The notes: generated from the letters alone by a model not told the origin. 63,775 bases of DNA, filler included, from Octopus bimaculoides (GCF_001194135.2; 4 parts of 4 records of this genome joined end to end with filler, not necessarily neighbours in it), one strand, 5' to 3'. Shown: positions 38,595-50,785, numbered from the whole stretch's first letter. Translations and numbers: made by a program.

Positions 38595-38782
38595 ACAAGG
38601 GCCGAGAGGAAGGACAAGTCGATTATATTGTCTCCAGTATTTTATTGTATCGACCTCAGAGGGATGAAAGATATAAAAGTTCACCATGGTGGAATTAGAA
38701 TTCAGAACATAATCAGTCGATACAAATACAGCAGAACAAACTAACCGACGCTCTTTTATCGATTCTGCCAAACCATTGCCCT
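38595..38782 (-). mobile_element. SINE family B copy
   Basis: GTCGATTATATTGTCTCCAG...TATCGACCTCAGAGGGATGAAAG...GGAATTAGAATTCAGAAC. Confidence 0.7.
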
Positions 38783-39664
38783 AACAACAACAACAACAGC
38801 ATTTTTTTTTAAACTGTTCCTGCTGCTCTACGTACATTCATCGATTAATTGATTCGGCTCGATCAAGTACTGTAGACAAGAGGTCGAAGTTCGATTCACA
38901 TGTCATTTATATGTCTGTGTGTCGCACAGCTGTAAATGGATCACATACATCAAGCTTGACGCGGCACCAGCTGTGACACGACGAACACAGACACACAAAA
39001 GCCAGCAAATGGTTATGCAAAAGTCTACGTAGGTTTAGAGACGGAACGAAGAATGACTAATGGTGATCCAGCAGATCAATGATCGAGGGTTCCGGCCATG
39101 ATCATCCCGCCGCAAGTTTTGGGCGTATTCAATAGGAATAATATTCTATATTGTTTTGAGCATCACCAGAGTTTTGCAGAGCTATGCATAAAGGTTTCGT
39201 GTTTGTGTGTGTGTGTGTTTGTATCGAGAGTCTCCGAAACTGAGGAAGGGAAGAAAATATCTTCAATCCAGAAACCCTATCACCACATCATTTGTCACAG
39301 TACGTTGCTCCGGTCCACTCAGCTGTAGAAATGAGTTTAGCCTGGAAAAAGGATGGGCTCCGCCAGGATTTCTCGCCCTAGATACACTACATGGCTGCAA
39401 CGCCCCTCAAGGGGTTAAGGGACTTGTCAATTGTCAATTAGTTGGAGTGATGCCCTCATCTTGTTTGCTGCTTTTCACTACATTTCGGTCACTGTACGCT
39501 CCAGCCTTCTACAAGTGTCTTGTAATTCAATTTAGTGCCTTGGTTGAGATTGAACTCAGAACCTCTGGGTGATTGCACTGCATTAACCTACGCTGACGTA
39601 CGGCATGAGTGGGGGTTTACAAGCCTTAAAACATCACTCGGACACTGAGCTGATGCAGTGAAGA

Positions 39665-39705
39665 CACCTGAAGAAGGCTGGAGCATACACAGCCGAAACG
39701 TAGTG
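39665..39705 (+). ncRNA. Minimal type I hammerhead-ribozyme motif in a probable Penelope-like repeat end
   Basis: CAC-CTGAAGA-A-GGCTG(GAGCATACA)CAGCC-GAAAC-GTA-GTG: intact core, 5-bp stem II, palindromic ACGT stem III, 3-bp stem I. Confidence 0.65.
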
Positions 39706-39934
39706 GAAATTAACGATCAAGGTGAGGATGCCACTCAGATTAACACGTAATATAAAAATTCCTCATTTCAGAAATGCACAATTGCTGCTTTTTTTTTATT
39801 TTAGCAAACCTTGCAAAAATCAAAAGCTACATTACCGCGGCAGGATTTGAACTCAGATACACGAGGAACTGCAATAAACTGCACGAAACATTTTCATCCA
39901 ACCTTTTAACACTCTCCGCTAATTTCACCAGAGT

Positions 39935-40085
39935 AAAATGCTTCGTAAACCTTTTTAGTTTTAATCCCCTACATTCTGAATTCAAATCCAACCGAAGTCA
40001 ACTTTGCCCTTCATCCTCCCCGAGTTGAGAATACAAGTCCCCAGTCAAGTACTGGGGTCAATTCAGTCGACCACACCCTCTCCTC
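39935..40085 (+). mobile_element. SINE family B copy (opposite-strand head fragment at about 39836-39915)
   Basis: TTCTGAATTCAAATCCAACCGAAGTCAACTTTGCCCTTCATCC. Confidence 0.7.
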
Positions 40086-40760
40086 TCTTTCTCACGTGCA
40101 CACCATGTCATCCTCTCCAGTTTTATGCCAAGAGGCAAAAACGGTTAAAGACCCAGAAGTCATCACCAGAAACTACTTCAGCTCTCCAAGATCTTTTTCT
40201 TTTTATTTTTTTATTTTTAAATTCCGAACTCCTTCAGAGGTGGGACATTATTTTAATTTCATGTGGAAACAGTTACAATGCTGTACTGGATCGGGTTTAC
40301 GTGAGAGAGAGAGAGAGAAAGAGAAAGAGACAGTGTGTGTGTGTGTGTGTAAGATGACAAAGAGAGAATGGAAGGTTAAGAGAAAGAGACAGAGGTGAAA
40401 TGGAAAGAGATGGAGAGAAGACATGGGCGTAAATGAGGAGAGAGATTATTAGGGAGAGGGAGAGATGGAGACAGATGTTGTAAAAGAAGGGGAGGTAACT
40501 GAAGGAGACAAAATTGAAAAGGGAGAAGAGATTAAGAGAGAATGAAAGAGAGAGATTATAAGGAAGGGAGAGAAGATTGAGAGAGAGATTGTATAGAAGA
40601 AGGGGAGGTAACTGAAGGAGAGACACGACTGAAAAAGCGGGAGAAGAGAGAGAGAGGGGGGGTAGTAAAGAGAAAGAAGAAAGTGTAAAAGAAAATCGGG
40701 AACAAGGAAAGAAGCGGTGCTGAATGGTGGTGGCGTTGGAAGTGTTGATAGTGGGTGTTG

Positions 40761-40792
<32 letters not shown>

Positions 40793-41466
40793 GGTTTCTT
40801 GTGTCTGAAATCATCCGTAAAGGATTGTAAAGTAATTAAGTGTTAGGAGATAGTTGCTGGTGGAAACAAAAGCGACGACGAGCATCACGACGAAGAGGAT
40901 GGTGATGACGATGGGGCGGTGGTGNNNNNNNNNNNNNNNNNNNNNNNNNNNNNNNNNNNNNNNNNNNNNNNNNNNNNNNNNNNNNNNNNNNNNNNNNNNN
41001 NNNNNNNNNNNNNNNNNNNNNNNNNNNNNNNNNNNNNNNNNNNNNNNNNNNNNNNNNNNNNNNNNNNNNNNNNNNNNNNNNNNNNNNNNNNNNNNNNNNN
41101 NNNNNNNNNNNNNNNNNNNNNNNNNNNNNNNNNNNNNNNNNNNNNNNNNNNNNNNNNNNNNNNNNNNNNNNNNNNNNNNNNNNNNNNNNNNNNNNNNNNN
41201 NNNNNNNNNNNNNNNNNNNNNNNNNNNNNNNNNNNNNNNNNNNNNNNNNNNNNNNNNNNNNNNNNNNNNNNNNNNNNNNNNNNNNNNNNNNNNNNNNNNN
41301 NNNNNNNNNNNNNNNNNNNNNNNNNNNNNNNNNNNNNNNNNNNNNNNNNNNNNNNNNNNNNNNNNNNNNNNNNNNNNNNNNNNNNNNNNNNNNNNNNNNN
41401 NNNNNNNNNNNNNNNNNNNNNNNNNNNNNNNNNNNNNNNNNNNNNNNNNNNNNNNNNNNNNNNNNN

Positions 41467-41790
41467 CCCCCCCCCCCAGTGTTCAACAGGTACTCGTTTT
41501 ATCAACTCGGAAAGGATGAAAAGCAAAGTCGACCTCAACGTAATTTGAAGTCAGAGCATGAAGACAGACAAAATGCCGCTACGTATTTTCCCCAACGTGG
41601 AATTGATTCTGCCAGCTGGCCACCTGACCTTCAAACTTTGGCACAAGGCCAGCAATTTCGGGGCAGGGGGTAAGTCGATTACATGGACCCAGTGCGTTAC
41701 TGGTTCTTATTTCGTCGACCCCCCGAGAGGATGAGATGCAAGGTCAACCTCGGCGGAATTTAAACAGAACGTACACACAGACGAACCTTC
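41467..41790 (-). mobile_element. Two adjacent SINE family B fragments
   Basis: GAAAGGATGAAAAGCAAAGTCGACCTC at 41510 and GAGGATGAGATGCAAGGTCAACCTCGGCGGAATTT at 41727. Confidence 0.75.
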
Positions 41791-42164
41791 TGCCAAATAT
41801 TAATAAATCAAAACCTGTATCTTTGATATTTTTTGAAGAATCGTCATGTAATGCAACGAGTTCTTCTCCCGCAAACTTACGTCCGAGCAGGTAAGCACCT
41901 CTGTCAACTGAGTCACAGGTCAAATTATGTTAACGACAGTCAGCAAATCCCCAGCTTCCCTTCTTCGACACCGTCATACCTGCTGCCTTGGTTCCATATA
42001 CAATTCTCTTATCAGCAAGTGAATGCCATCAAGACATCCGAAACTGCTTTCCTTTGCAAGCTCATTAATCGCTTCATGAGTTCTCAATTAAGAGCAGTAA
42101 TTAGGAATAAATTAACCCGTCAAGTCCAATGAAAAACTCAATTTGGCCCGACTTCGTATCGTTG

Positions 42165-42568
42165 TCTTTTACTTGTTTCAGTAATCAGACTGCGGCCATA
42201 CTGGGGCACCGCATTGGAGAACTTTTAGTCGAATGAATCGACCCCAGTACTTTTATCGGTCTGTTTTGCCGAACTGCTTGTCAAGCGGTGGCGGGGACAA
42301 CGACAAATACACACATATGTACATATACGATCGGCTTCTTTCAGTTTCCAACTGCCAAATCCACTCACAAGTCTTCTTTCTGTTTCTTACACTCACACAC
42401 ACACACACACACACACGACAGGCTTCTTTCTGTTTCCATTTACCAAATTCATTCATAAGGTTTTGGTCGGCCCGAAGCTATAGTAGAAAACACTTGTACA
42501 TACAACTCACTGAGACTGAACCAGGAACCATGCGATTGGCAAGCAAGCTTCTTACCATACAACCACAA
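42165..42568 (-). mobile_element. SINE family A copy with a partly duplicated middle segment
   Basis: GGCTTCTTTC.GTTTCCA...CCAAAT occurs twice (42332 and 42421); tail at 42165 and head at 42560. Confidence 0.8.
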
Positions 42569-43545
42569 ATATTTATGTGTACGTGTGCATGTGTGTATAT
42601 ATATATAAACACAATCTCACTATAAAGCCAAGGTCCTGTATGGCGGCAATAGACAGTAAACTACAGAGAATTGCCTGTTCTTCATCCAATAAATATTTGT
42701 TCATCGGACTTACTAATATGGGTAATGGTGTGAAAACATTGGAATGAAACAATGTTTACCAAATAAACAAAATCCAACAGAGTGTTCCAACCAAATCAAC
42801 CATTTCCTGGTTTCCCATTTTATTGTTTTATTTCTTTTTTTTTTTATTTAGTCACAGAAGNNNNNNNNNNNNNNNNNNNNNNNNNNNNNNNNNNNNNNNN
42901 NNNNTTAATTAATTAANNNNNNNNNNNNNNNNNNNNNNNNNNNNNNNNNNNNNNNNNNNNAGTGTATATTATGCATGTATGTGTGTGTGTGTTTACACAC
43001 ACGCACAGACATATAATCAAGCGCGCACACTCACACACACGCACGTCAACCACTGTTATAACTATAAACACATTCAGTAATTTTCTTTTCGTGACAAATA
43101 AAATATCATTTAAATGCAAATAAAATTATCTTACCAAAATAGACTTCCTTGTTGCAGTTTGGACACTTGGGCATGTTGACAGATTTTTGTTATATTAGAT
43201 GCGAAATTCTAAAAAGAAGTCCAAAGGATTGGAATTAAATGACACGATAGAAAATATAATAATGTAGGAGGTAAGACGTAAGTAACAAGTGTTGTGCTGC
43301 TACTGACTGTAAAGGGAGAAATCCTCGCTATATGAATGCAGAATGTCGAGTAGTTAGGTCGCTATCAAGTCCAAACAGTCATTGACAGATGACACACCCA
43401 CGATGTTTACAAAACTGGTCTATGAGAACGGATGATAATACACGCTAATTTGGATACGAGTTAGTTGATCGATCGTTGCGTGCAAATCTTCCATCTTTTT
43501 ATCTTTTGCTTGTTTCAGTCATTAGATTGCGGCCATGCAGAGTGT

Positions 43546-43735
43546 GTATGTATGTATGTATGTATGTATGTATGTATGTATGTATGTATGTATGTATGTA
43601 TGTACGTATGTATGTATGTACGTATGTACGTATGTATGTACGTATGTATGTATGTATGTGTGTACGTATGTATGTATGTATGTATGTATGTATGTATGTA
43701 TGTACGTACGTATGTATGTATGTATGTATGTATGT
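43546..43735. repeat. (TATG)n/(TACG) microsatellite running into a gap
   Basis: Directly visible. Confidence 0.95.
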
Positions 43736-45214
43736 NNNNNNNNNNNNNNNNNNNNNNNNNNNNNNNNNNNNNNNNNNNNNNNNNNNNNNNNNNNNNNNNN
43801 NNNNNNNNNNNNNNNNNNNNNNNNNNNNNNNNNNNNNNNNNNNNNNNNNNNNNNNNNNNNNNNNNNNNNNNNNNNNNNNNNNNNNNNNNNNNNNNNNNNN
43901 NNNNNNNNNNNNNNNNNNNNNNNNNNNNNNNNNNNNNNNNNNNNNNNNNNNNNNNNNNNNNNNNNNNNNNNNNNNNNNNNNNNNNNNNNNNNNNNNNNNN
44001 NNNNNNNNNNNNNNNNNNNNNNNNNNNNNNNNNNNNNNNNNNNNNNNNNNNNNNNNNNNNNNNNNNNNNNNNNNNNNNNNNNNNNNNNNNNNNNNNNNNN
44101 NNNNNNNNNNNNNNNNNNNNNNNNNNNNNNNNNNNNNNNNNNNNNNNNNNNNNNNNNNNNNNNNNNNNNNNNNNNNNNNNNNNNNNNNNNNNNNNNNNNN
44201 NNNNNNNNNNNNNNNNNNNNNNNNNNNNNNNNNNNNNNNNNNNNNNNNNNNNNNNNNNNNNNNNNNNNNNNNNNNNNNNNNNNNNNNNNNNNNNNNNNNN
44301 NNNNNNNNNNNNNNNNNNNNNNNNNNNNNNNNNNNNNNNNNNNNNNNNNNNNNNNNNNNNNNNNNNNNNNNNNNNNNNNNNNNNNNNNNNNNNNNNNNNN
44401 NNNNNNNNNNNNNNNNNNNNNNNNNNNNNNNNTATATATATATATATATATATATATTCTGGTTATTTCTTTTTGTCTACGTTTTGTTTGCAACATCCTG
44501 TATCCAGATATGCACCTACATATACAGGTAGATGTAGGTATGCACATACTTGTACGTATATATGCATATACTCATTTATTTTTTGTTTTATATATATATA
44601 TAATTATTATTTAATTGAACGCTCGCATATATGGGTACAGGACGTCACCAACGGTGCAAATGACATGGAATACGTAAACAAACGGGGGGAAAAGGAGTGA
44701 AATACGTAAACAACGAATGAAAATGGAAAACACGACAAGTTAACACAGAGAATTTATGTTGCTTGGTATTTAATATACAATTTCTTTTGTTCACATATAT
44801 GCCACTGGCCACCCCTTCAATTAGTTAACTTTCGTTCAAATTATGCAAATGGTTATAAGTGTGTTTCCGCTAGCTGGAGGCGAAATTGGTCAATTTCTAT
44901 GCTGATAATGCCTGTTGTAGCAGAAACACGTGTCTACAACTGCTCTCTTGTCTCCAAACAATAAGATTGTCTTTTCCTTAACAACATGTCCATTTTGGGG
45001 TATTTTTGAATCATTTGACTGACTCTCGTTTCCATGTGAAGTTGATCCCAATTACCACCAGACAATTATTTTATCTTCTCTAGAAACGGATGTAATTTTA
45101 ATAAATAAGAAAGTTTATACATTGCTACATTTATATAACATTAATACCTTGCTAATACTTAGATGTATGTGCATATATACGTGTATAAATACATATATAA
45201 ATAAAGTTGAAATT

Positions 45215-45340
45215 TACAGAAAAGCAAAAGACGAAGACAGGTGTATAAACAACAAACAAGTGTATTAGTTAAACGCTCGAGAAGGTGAGAAAATCTTTTA
45301 CGTTTCGAGCCGACGCTCTTCAATAGTAAGGAACACTTTC
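45215..45340 (-). mobile_element. Second copy of the 14.8-kb repeat, with a more decayed hammerhead-like motif
   Basis: Alignable to 14800-14910; core reads CTATTGA-A-GAGC(GTCG)GCTC-GAAAC-GTA. Confidence 0.5.
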
Positions 45341-45942
45341 TCACACTTTTCAACGTTTCGTATAACAGACCGTCACTAAGTAATAAAGAGATGTCTGTCA
45401 GTTTGTCTATTTGCTTGTCTATCTCTCTGCTTGCCTATCTGTCTGTCTGATAGTCTGTCCATCCATCCATCCATCCATCCATCAGTCCGTCCGTCCGTTC
45501 TTCCGTTCATCTATCCATCTATCCATTCATTCATCCACCCATTCATCCATCTGTCTGTCCGTCCGTCCGTGCCCCCGTCCATCCGTCCGTCTGTCCGTCC
45601 ATCTGTCCGTCCATCTATCCATCCACTTATCCGTCGATCAGTCCATCTGTCCGTTCCTGCTACTTCCTGAGCAAGTAAAAAAGAAAAAAGAGAGTTGAAG
45701 ACACGAGTGTCTGTTCTTATACTTACATATTTAAACTCGCTGTGAAAAGTAAGTACTGTAGTTAAACTACGTTTTACTCTCTCTCATTAACCAGAAAAAT
45801 GAAATTGCTCGGACTGCCTTTAATAAATTATTAGAAATTTTTTTTATTGATTTACCAGAGACAATTACTCATTTTATGAATACAAAGAGAAAAACATACT
45901 GATTAACCACCACCACCACCACCACCACCACCACCACCATCG

Positions 45943-45979
<37 letters not shown>

Positions 45980-46059
45980 ACACTTGCGCGCGCGTATGCA
46001 CATGTATGTGTGCAAGTATATATACGTATATATATGTGTATACACACAGACACACACAC

Positions 46060-46240
46060 ATATTGCTGCCATGCTGGGGCACCACCTTCAAGAACTTTGG
46101 TCGAACAAGTCGACCCCGGTACTTTTTTTCAAGCCTGGTACTTATTCTGTCGGGTTCTTTAGCCAAATCTGCTAGGCTACGGGAACATAAACACACCAAC
46201 ATCGGTTATTAAGTAGTGGTAAGAGACGAACATGGACACA
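46060..46240 (-). mobile_element. SINE family A, 3' half
   Basis: GCCATGCTGGGGCACCACCTTCAAG...CTGCTAGGCTACGGGAACATAAACACACCAACATCGGTT. Confidence 0.8.
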
Positions 46241-46271
46241 AAGACACACACGCACACACGTACACACACAC

Positions 46272-46326
<55 letters not shown>

Positions 46327-46644
46327 CTTTATAGTGAAAACATGAGTTTTCATCAACTATGTATTTAAAAATCCCATAATTTACATTAGTTTAGACAAGA
46401 GCACACCCACATATTAACATAAATTATTCGATTGTCTATGAAAAATTAATATTATATTAGAATAAAGTTATTGTACCATTGATTAATATGCATTTTATCA
46501 ACTTCACTTTGATGAATTGCTGAATGCATGCTGTATTTGGAGTACACGGAAATATTTGATCAAGGTTGTACAGGCAACACGTCTCATAAATTTAGGTATC
46601 CCTACACCTGTTACACGAAATTCTGAAATTCGGCTTAATAATAG

Positions 46645-46673
46645 CACGCACACGCACACGCACACGCACACGC

Positions 46674-46752
<79 letters not shown>
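46645..46752. repeat. (GCACAC)n-(CA)n microsatellite; many more (CA)n, (TA)n, (GA)n and trinucleotide tracts occur throughout the window
   Basis: Directly visible. Confidence 0.95.
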
Positions 46753-46755
<3 letters not shown>

Positions 46756-47402
46756 CGGTCTGCGGATGATGACATTAATGATATATGAGTCTATGGCATA
46801 CTCAGCCGAATAGACGCTAATGTACCGAATAGATTGTTTGTTTGGGTTCACTGATTAAGTGAAATTCTCACCGTTGAAACCGATGGAAAATCAATTTACT
46901 TTTATTTATTCCTTTTGTGTGTGCATACAATAGCTCATACTACGTAGCTCATGCTACAGTATCACAGATACACATTGAAACCACAGACATAGAAAAAAAA
47001 ACATCAGCAATTAAACCATAACCCATATACATATATGGTCTACTCACTTTTTACTCTCGTTCAGTAGCCAGAAAAAACGCTGAAATTATTTAGATCGACC
47101 CGACTACACACACAAATACACATGCACGCACGCACACACGCATGTGCCCGCGTGCGCGTAAATTGTTTATGTTTGTATATATGTAAGTATACTTGGAAAC
47201 TCAATTTGCGTACACCTCCCTTGCTTTTGTATTCTTCCTGCATTGACACTGCTAGAGGAGAGTCCAATTCGCTTGCCATCCTCAACTGTATGTATGTGTT
47301 AGTATCCATTTCTACTCGTATCCTAGATAAAATTACCATCACGTTTAATAGCTTTTATCTGTTCCTCGCCTCCAAATTCAACATTTGTCAATGCAGTATT
47401 GT

Positions 47403-47445
47403 TTCTATAGCCATTGGATCAGTATCTGATCCAATGGCTATAGAA
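47403..47445. repeat. Perfect 20-bp inverted repeat with a 3-nt loop
   Basis: TTCTATAGCCATTGGATCAG-TAT-CTGATCCAATGGCTATAGAA. Confidence 0.95.
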
Positions 47446-49172
47446 TCGTAAATATCTCACCCTCGGACGTTTAGCAACATTATGTTAGCTAAACAGTCAG
47501 ATCTCGGTTAGTTTTATGCTGTCTAAACCAGGCATTAAATATATTTCCTTCCTATCCATCTGAAACGACTATATGGATGATTTGAACAATCTTCCAATGT
47601 ATGTCTCTGAAGTTCATAGACACAAAACCCCTAAATTCTTAACTCGAAGGTGTACTGCAGCAGAATACATAGAAAGCACTAGAGGAATTGAATGCATCAA
47701 TACCACCAAAGTCAATTGATAAGTTGGCAAGGAAGTCTTGTGAACCGCATATCATTCAGACTCCTAAATTGCAGCAGAATCTTCTGGTCCCTTGCTAAAA
47801 GGATTTACCAAGAGTAATTTTTGCAGAATTCTTTAACTGCCTTTTCGTTTTATAGTTAATTTAAATCCCTTCACATTCACTGTCCGCGTCACTCCCTACA
47901 ATACCATACATATATCCAAGAAAACTTTTGCCAAACTCACTCTATTTCTTTCCTCTGTCTCACCACAACATGTACGCAATTATTAAAATCGAAAATACAT
48001 CCTGGAAGGTGCATTCCAAAAGTTTTGTGACATTTGTAGTTCTTTACTTCTTCTTCAAAAAGCATCTGCTCCCCAAAACTATCTGGTTGCATTCCTCCTC
48101 CTCCTCCTCCTCCTCCTCCTCTCTATTTTTCTCTTCCTGTCATCCATCTCATCTTTCATTTCTTGTACCAAACACTTCAACGATTCCCCCATCCCAGAAC
48201 TCCATCTCTCGTGAATTCACTACGTGGTCATTTTTTTCTTGAAGACACTAACTTACAAATTCTGAACGTTTGTCGAATCAATCTAATCAGTATCGATGAA
48301 CCTGCAAAAGTCATCGGCGTCTTTTCCTTTGTTAATCTTACATAAAAAAATATGAACACGCATTTCTCTCTTTCTTCCCTCCCCCCTTTTACTCCCAACT
48401 ATGCAAGGGGAAAAGAAACCATGGAAGACCTAGACTGGGATTCAAAGATTCTGCAAAAAGGAATTGATCATAATAAATGGCAAACTCTAGCGAAAAAACG
48501 ACCAACATGGAGAAAGCGGATCTAGTTAAACTGATTCATAAAGTCAGCTCCCTTTAATTTTGTTCAGATTGCTTTCAATTTTGGTGTATCGATGCAACTC
48601 TGAATTTTGATTACGATCAACCAATTACTTTATCTCGTAAATTAAAGAATCTAATGTTATTTGAAATTAAAGTTGGGAAATTTGGGTAATTTTAGCCAAT
48701 CAACAGACAGCGAAGCATTAACAGTTTGTTACCATGAAAACCGAACGTTGTGTTGTGTTTCACTTCACCCGCATGTTGTGTTGTGTTGATTCTTCACACC
48801 ACGAGATTTATTTCACTCGCGTATTTTATTTTAATAAAAACTTATCAATTAGAATTTTATTACAGATATTTTGCATAAATTCTCCTAATATTTTACATAG
48901 ATCCGAGAAAGCTTATCAAGTCATGCCAAAACCTTGAACAGTCATTGCCGCAACGACTAACTGCGAGTAATGTGTGTCGACCTCAAAATTAAAAATAAGA
49001 AAGGTTAAAATTAAAGCATGTACGGTAAAATTATTTTCCTTCACATTATATGCTATCTATACTGTGCTCTCGTCCTATATCCTATCGCCAGCTGGTTCAT
49101 ATATTATGTGACCTTAGTCGATAATTTAAACTCTTTAGGTTTTTGTTATTCTGTTTCAAGTCTTCGCGCGCG

Positions 49173-49234
<62 letters not shown>

Positions 49235-50024
49235 AAGAGAGAGAGGATAACGTGTACGTAATTTAAGCTGATAAGTGACTCTATACTACTAATGACATAA
49301 AGTTTATAAATTCCTTCATATTTTTTTTCTTTCATTCTATTAAAGCATGCTGATAACCTGAATTATTGTTTTTATAGCTGTTTTAGCTTCGTCTTTTAAG
49401 CAGCCCTAATCAAGCAAAATCATGGTCAAAGGTGATCTAGTTGTAATTATTGTATAAACTTAACCAATTTTTTCCTTTTATTTATTTATTTAAAATCGGT
49501 AGGACTTGTTTTGTGTTTGATTTGCTGCTGTGTCTAGTAGGTCGAGGATGGGTTATTCGACTGCCGAGGATCACTTGTAGTAAAGGACCGAATAACCCAC
49601 TGATACAGTTCAATGTTTTTATCCGAGATATTTAACATTCACTGGCATCGCCTATCTTATGGTAAGTAGTCTCCTTTCCTCCCAAACCGGGATGGGCTGG
49701 CATGTTGAGCACTGTGCAGTAAACGAGTAATTCGTTAATTTATAGTGTCAACTCCTATTATTACAAAAAAACTTCAATTTATTTTATATCAATTACTAAT
49801 GTTGTTGATTTTCAACATCATAATATAAAGGTTATTACATTAATAGATGTTTACTATTGATTAAATGTCTAGTTAGTGTTAAGATGGTATTTTTTCGAAC
49901 TTTAATCTCATCTTTTGGGTGTACTTTTTGTAGTATTTATATTTACACCATGTTTCGACTGGTTTAATCTCTGATCGTTGTAGTTCTGGGTATGCATATT
50001 ATACCAGGCTAGGAATCTTTATTT

Positions 50025-50501
50025 CTAAAGATGGAATACTGGTCGAGCGACGTCCAGGTATTCTTTAAGGATAGTACTGTGACGGGTTGTCGTTGTTTGT
50101 AAAATGGTTGGGCTGACTGTGGCCATACGAACGGTTATACCGCGCACAGTGAGCTGAGTGGTGTTGTCAACAAGTCTTCTGTGCTTGATATCTACAAGGA
50201 GACCGAAATGACAAAGAAAATCGGTTCTTAAAATAGAGATCAGCAGTTTGGCAAAGACGAATACCCACTGGAAGGGGCGGCGAAGTCCTAAGTTTAGTGT
50301 TAGGGACTGTTTACCGTAGGTTGGAATCGGTGAGTGGTTGACTGCCTGAAGACAGACTGGTGTCTCTTTTCTGTTGTCTGAAGTGCAGGAAACGGGGATT
50401 ATGCTGATTTCCGTGCCAGTATCAACAAGGAAACACGTGCCTGTTAAACGATCACAGATGAAAAGCAGGCGACTTTGTGGGTGAGAGCCAGGAACTTCCA
50501 T
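50025..50501 (-). CDS. Ty3/gypsy retrotransposon aspartic protease (5' part of pol), truncated before RT
   Basis: Open 158-aa frame: SRLLFICDRLTGTCFLVDTGTEISIIP...PIPTYGKQSLTLNLGLRRPFQWVFVFAK...ILRTDFLCHFGLLVDIKHRRLVD. It has the retropepsin FLVDTG motif and the typical gypsy downstream motifs. Confidence 0.9.
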   Translation of the reverse strand: MEVPGSHPQSRLLFICDRLTGTCFLVDTGTEISIIPVSCTSDNRKETPVCLQAVNHSPIPTYGKQSLTLNLGLRRPFQWVFVFAKLLISILRTDFLCHFGLLVDIKHRRLVDNTTQLTVRGITVRMATVSPTILQTTTTRHSTILKEYLDVARPVFHL

Positions 50502-50531
50502 CGCGTTCAGTTCCTGGCTGAGTCGTTTCCC
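50469..50531 (-). promoter_or_regulatory. -1 programmed ribosomal frameshift signal (slippery GGGAAAC plus stem-loop/pseudoknot)
   Basis: G GGA AAC is in gag phase, followed by a 5-nt spacer and an 11-bp perfect stem AGCCAGGAACT/AGTTCCTGGCT. The -1 frame is open into the protease ORF. Confidence 0.8.
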
Positions 50532-50785
50532 GTGGGCACTCGGGCTTCGTGACCGCCTACCAAATCGACGCGTTCGGCTGTTACTTCGACGGGAGATACT
50601 AAACGATAGGGCTCTGTCAGGGCCTGTATCTGTGATGCCCGCTGCGCCACCAATGCACGCAAGCCAGAAATTTCTGAAGCACTGGACGACGAAAGGAAAG
50701 GATCGGTGGAAGGAATCGTTGCCTGGAATGCTATGTTGACCGTGACTGAGTTCGCTGCTGGGTTGTGTTCCGGTAGAGACATGAC
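50507..50785 (-). pseudogene. Internally deleted gypsy gag remnant
   Basis: Lies between the PBS and the protease ORF. Contains MSLPEHNPAANSVTV, a coiled-coil-like EISGLRALVAQRASQIQALT and a zinc-knuckle relic GHEAR, and ends GNDSARN*. It is far shorter than a full gag. Confidence 0.6.

Noticed and set aside
41839-42100. Candidate exons suggested by strong donors (CAG/GTAAGC at about 41890 on +; CAG/GTATGA on -)
   Set aside because: Short frames, weak acceptors and no recognisable protein similarity; RNA-seq would be needed.
47170-48330. Possible decayed transposase or exon fragments on the minus strand
   Set aside because: Several short protein-like frames but no motif I can name.
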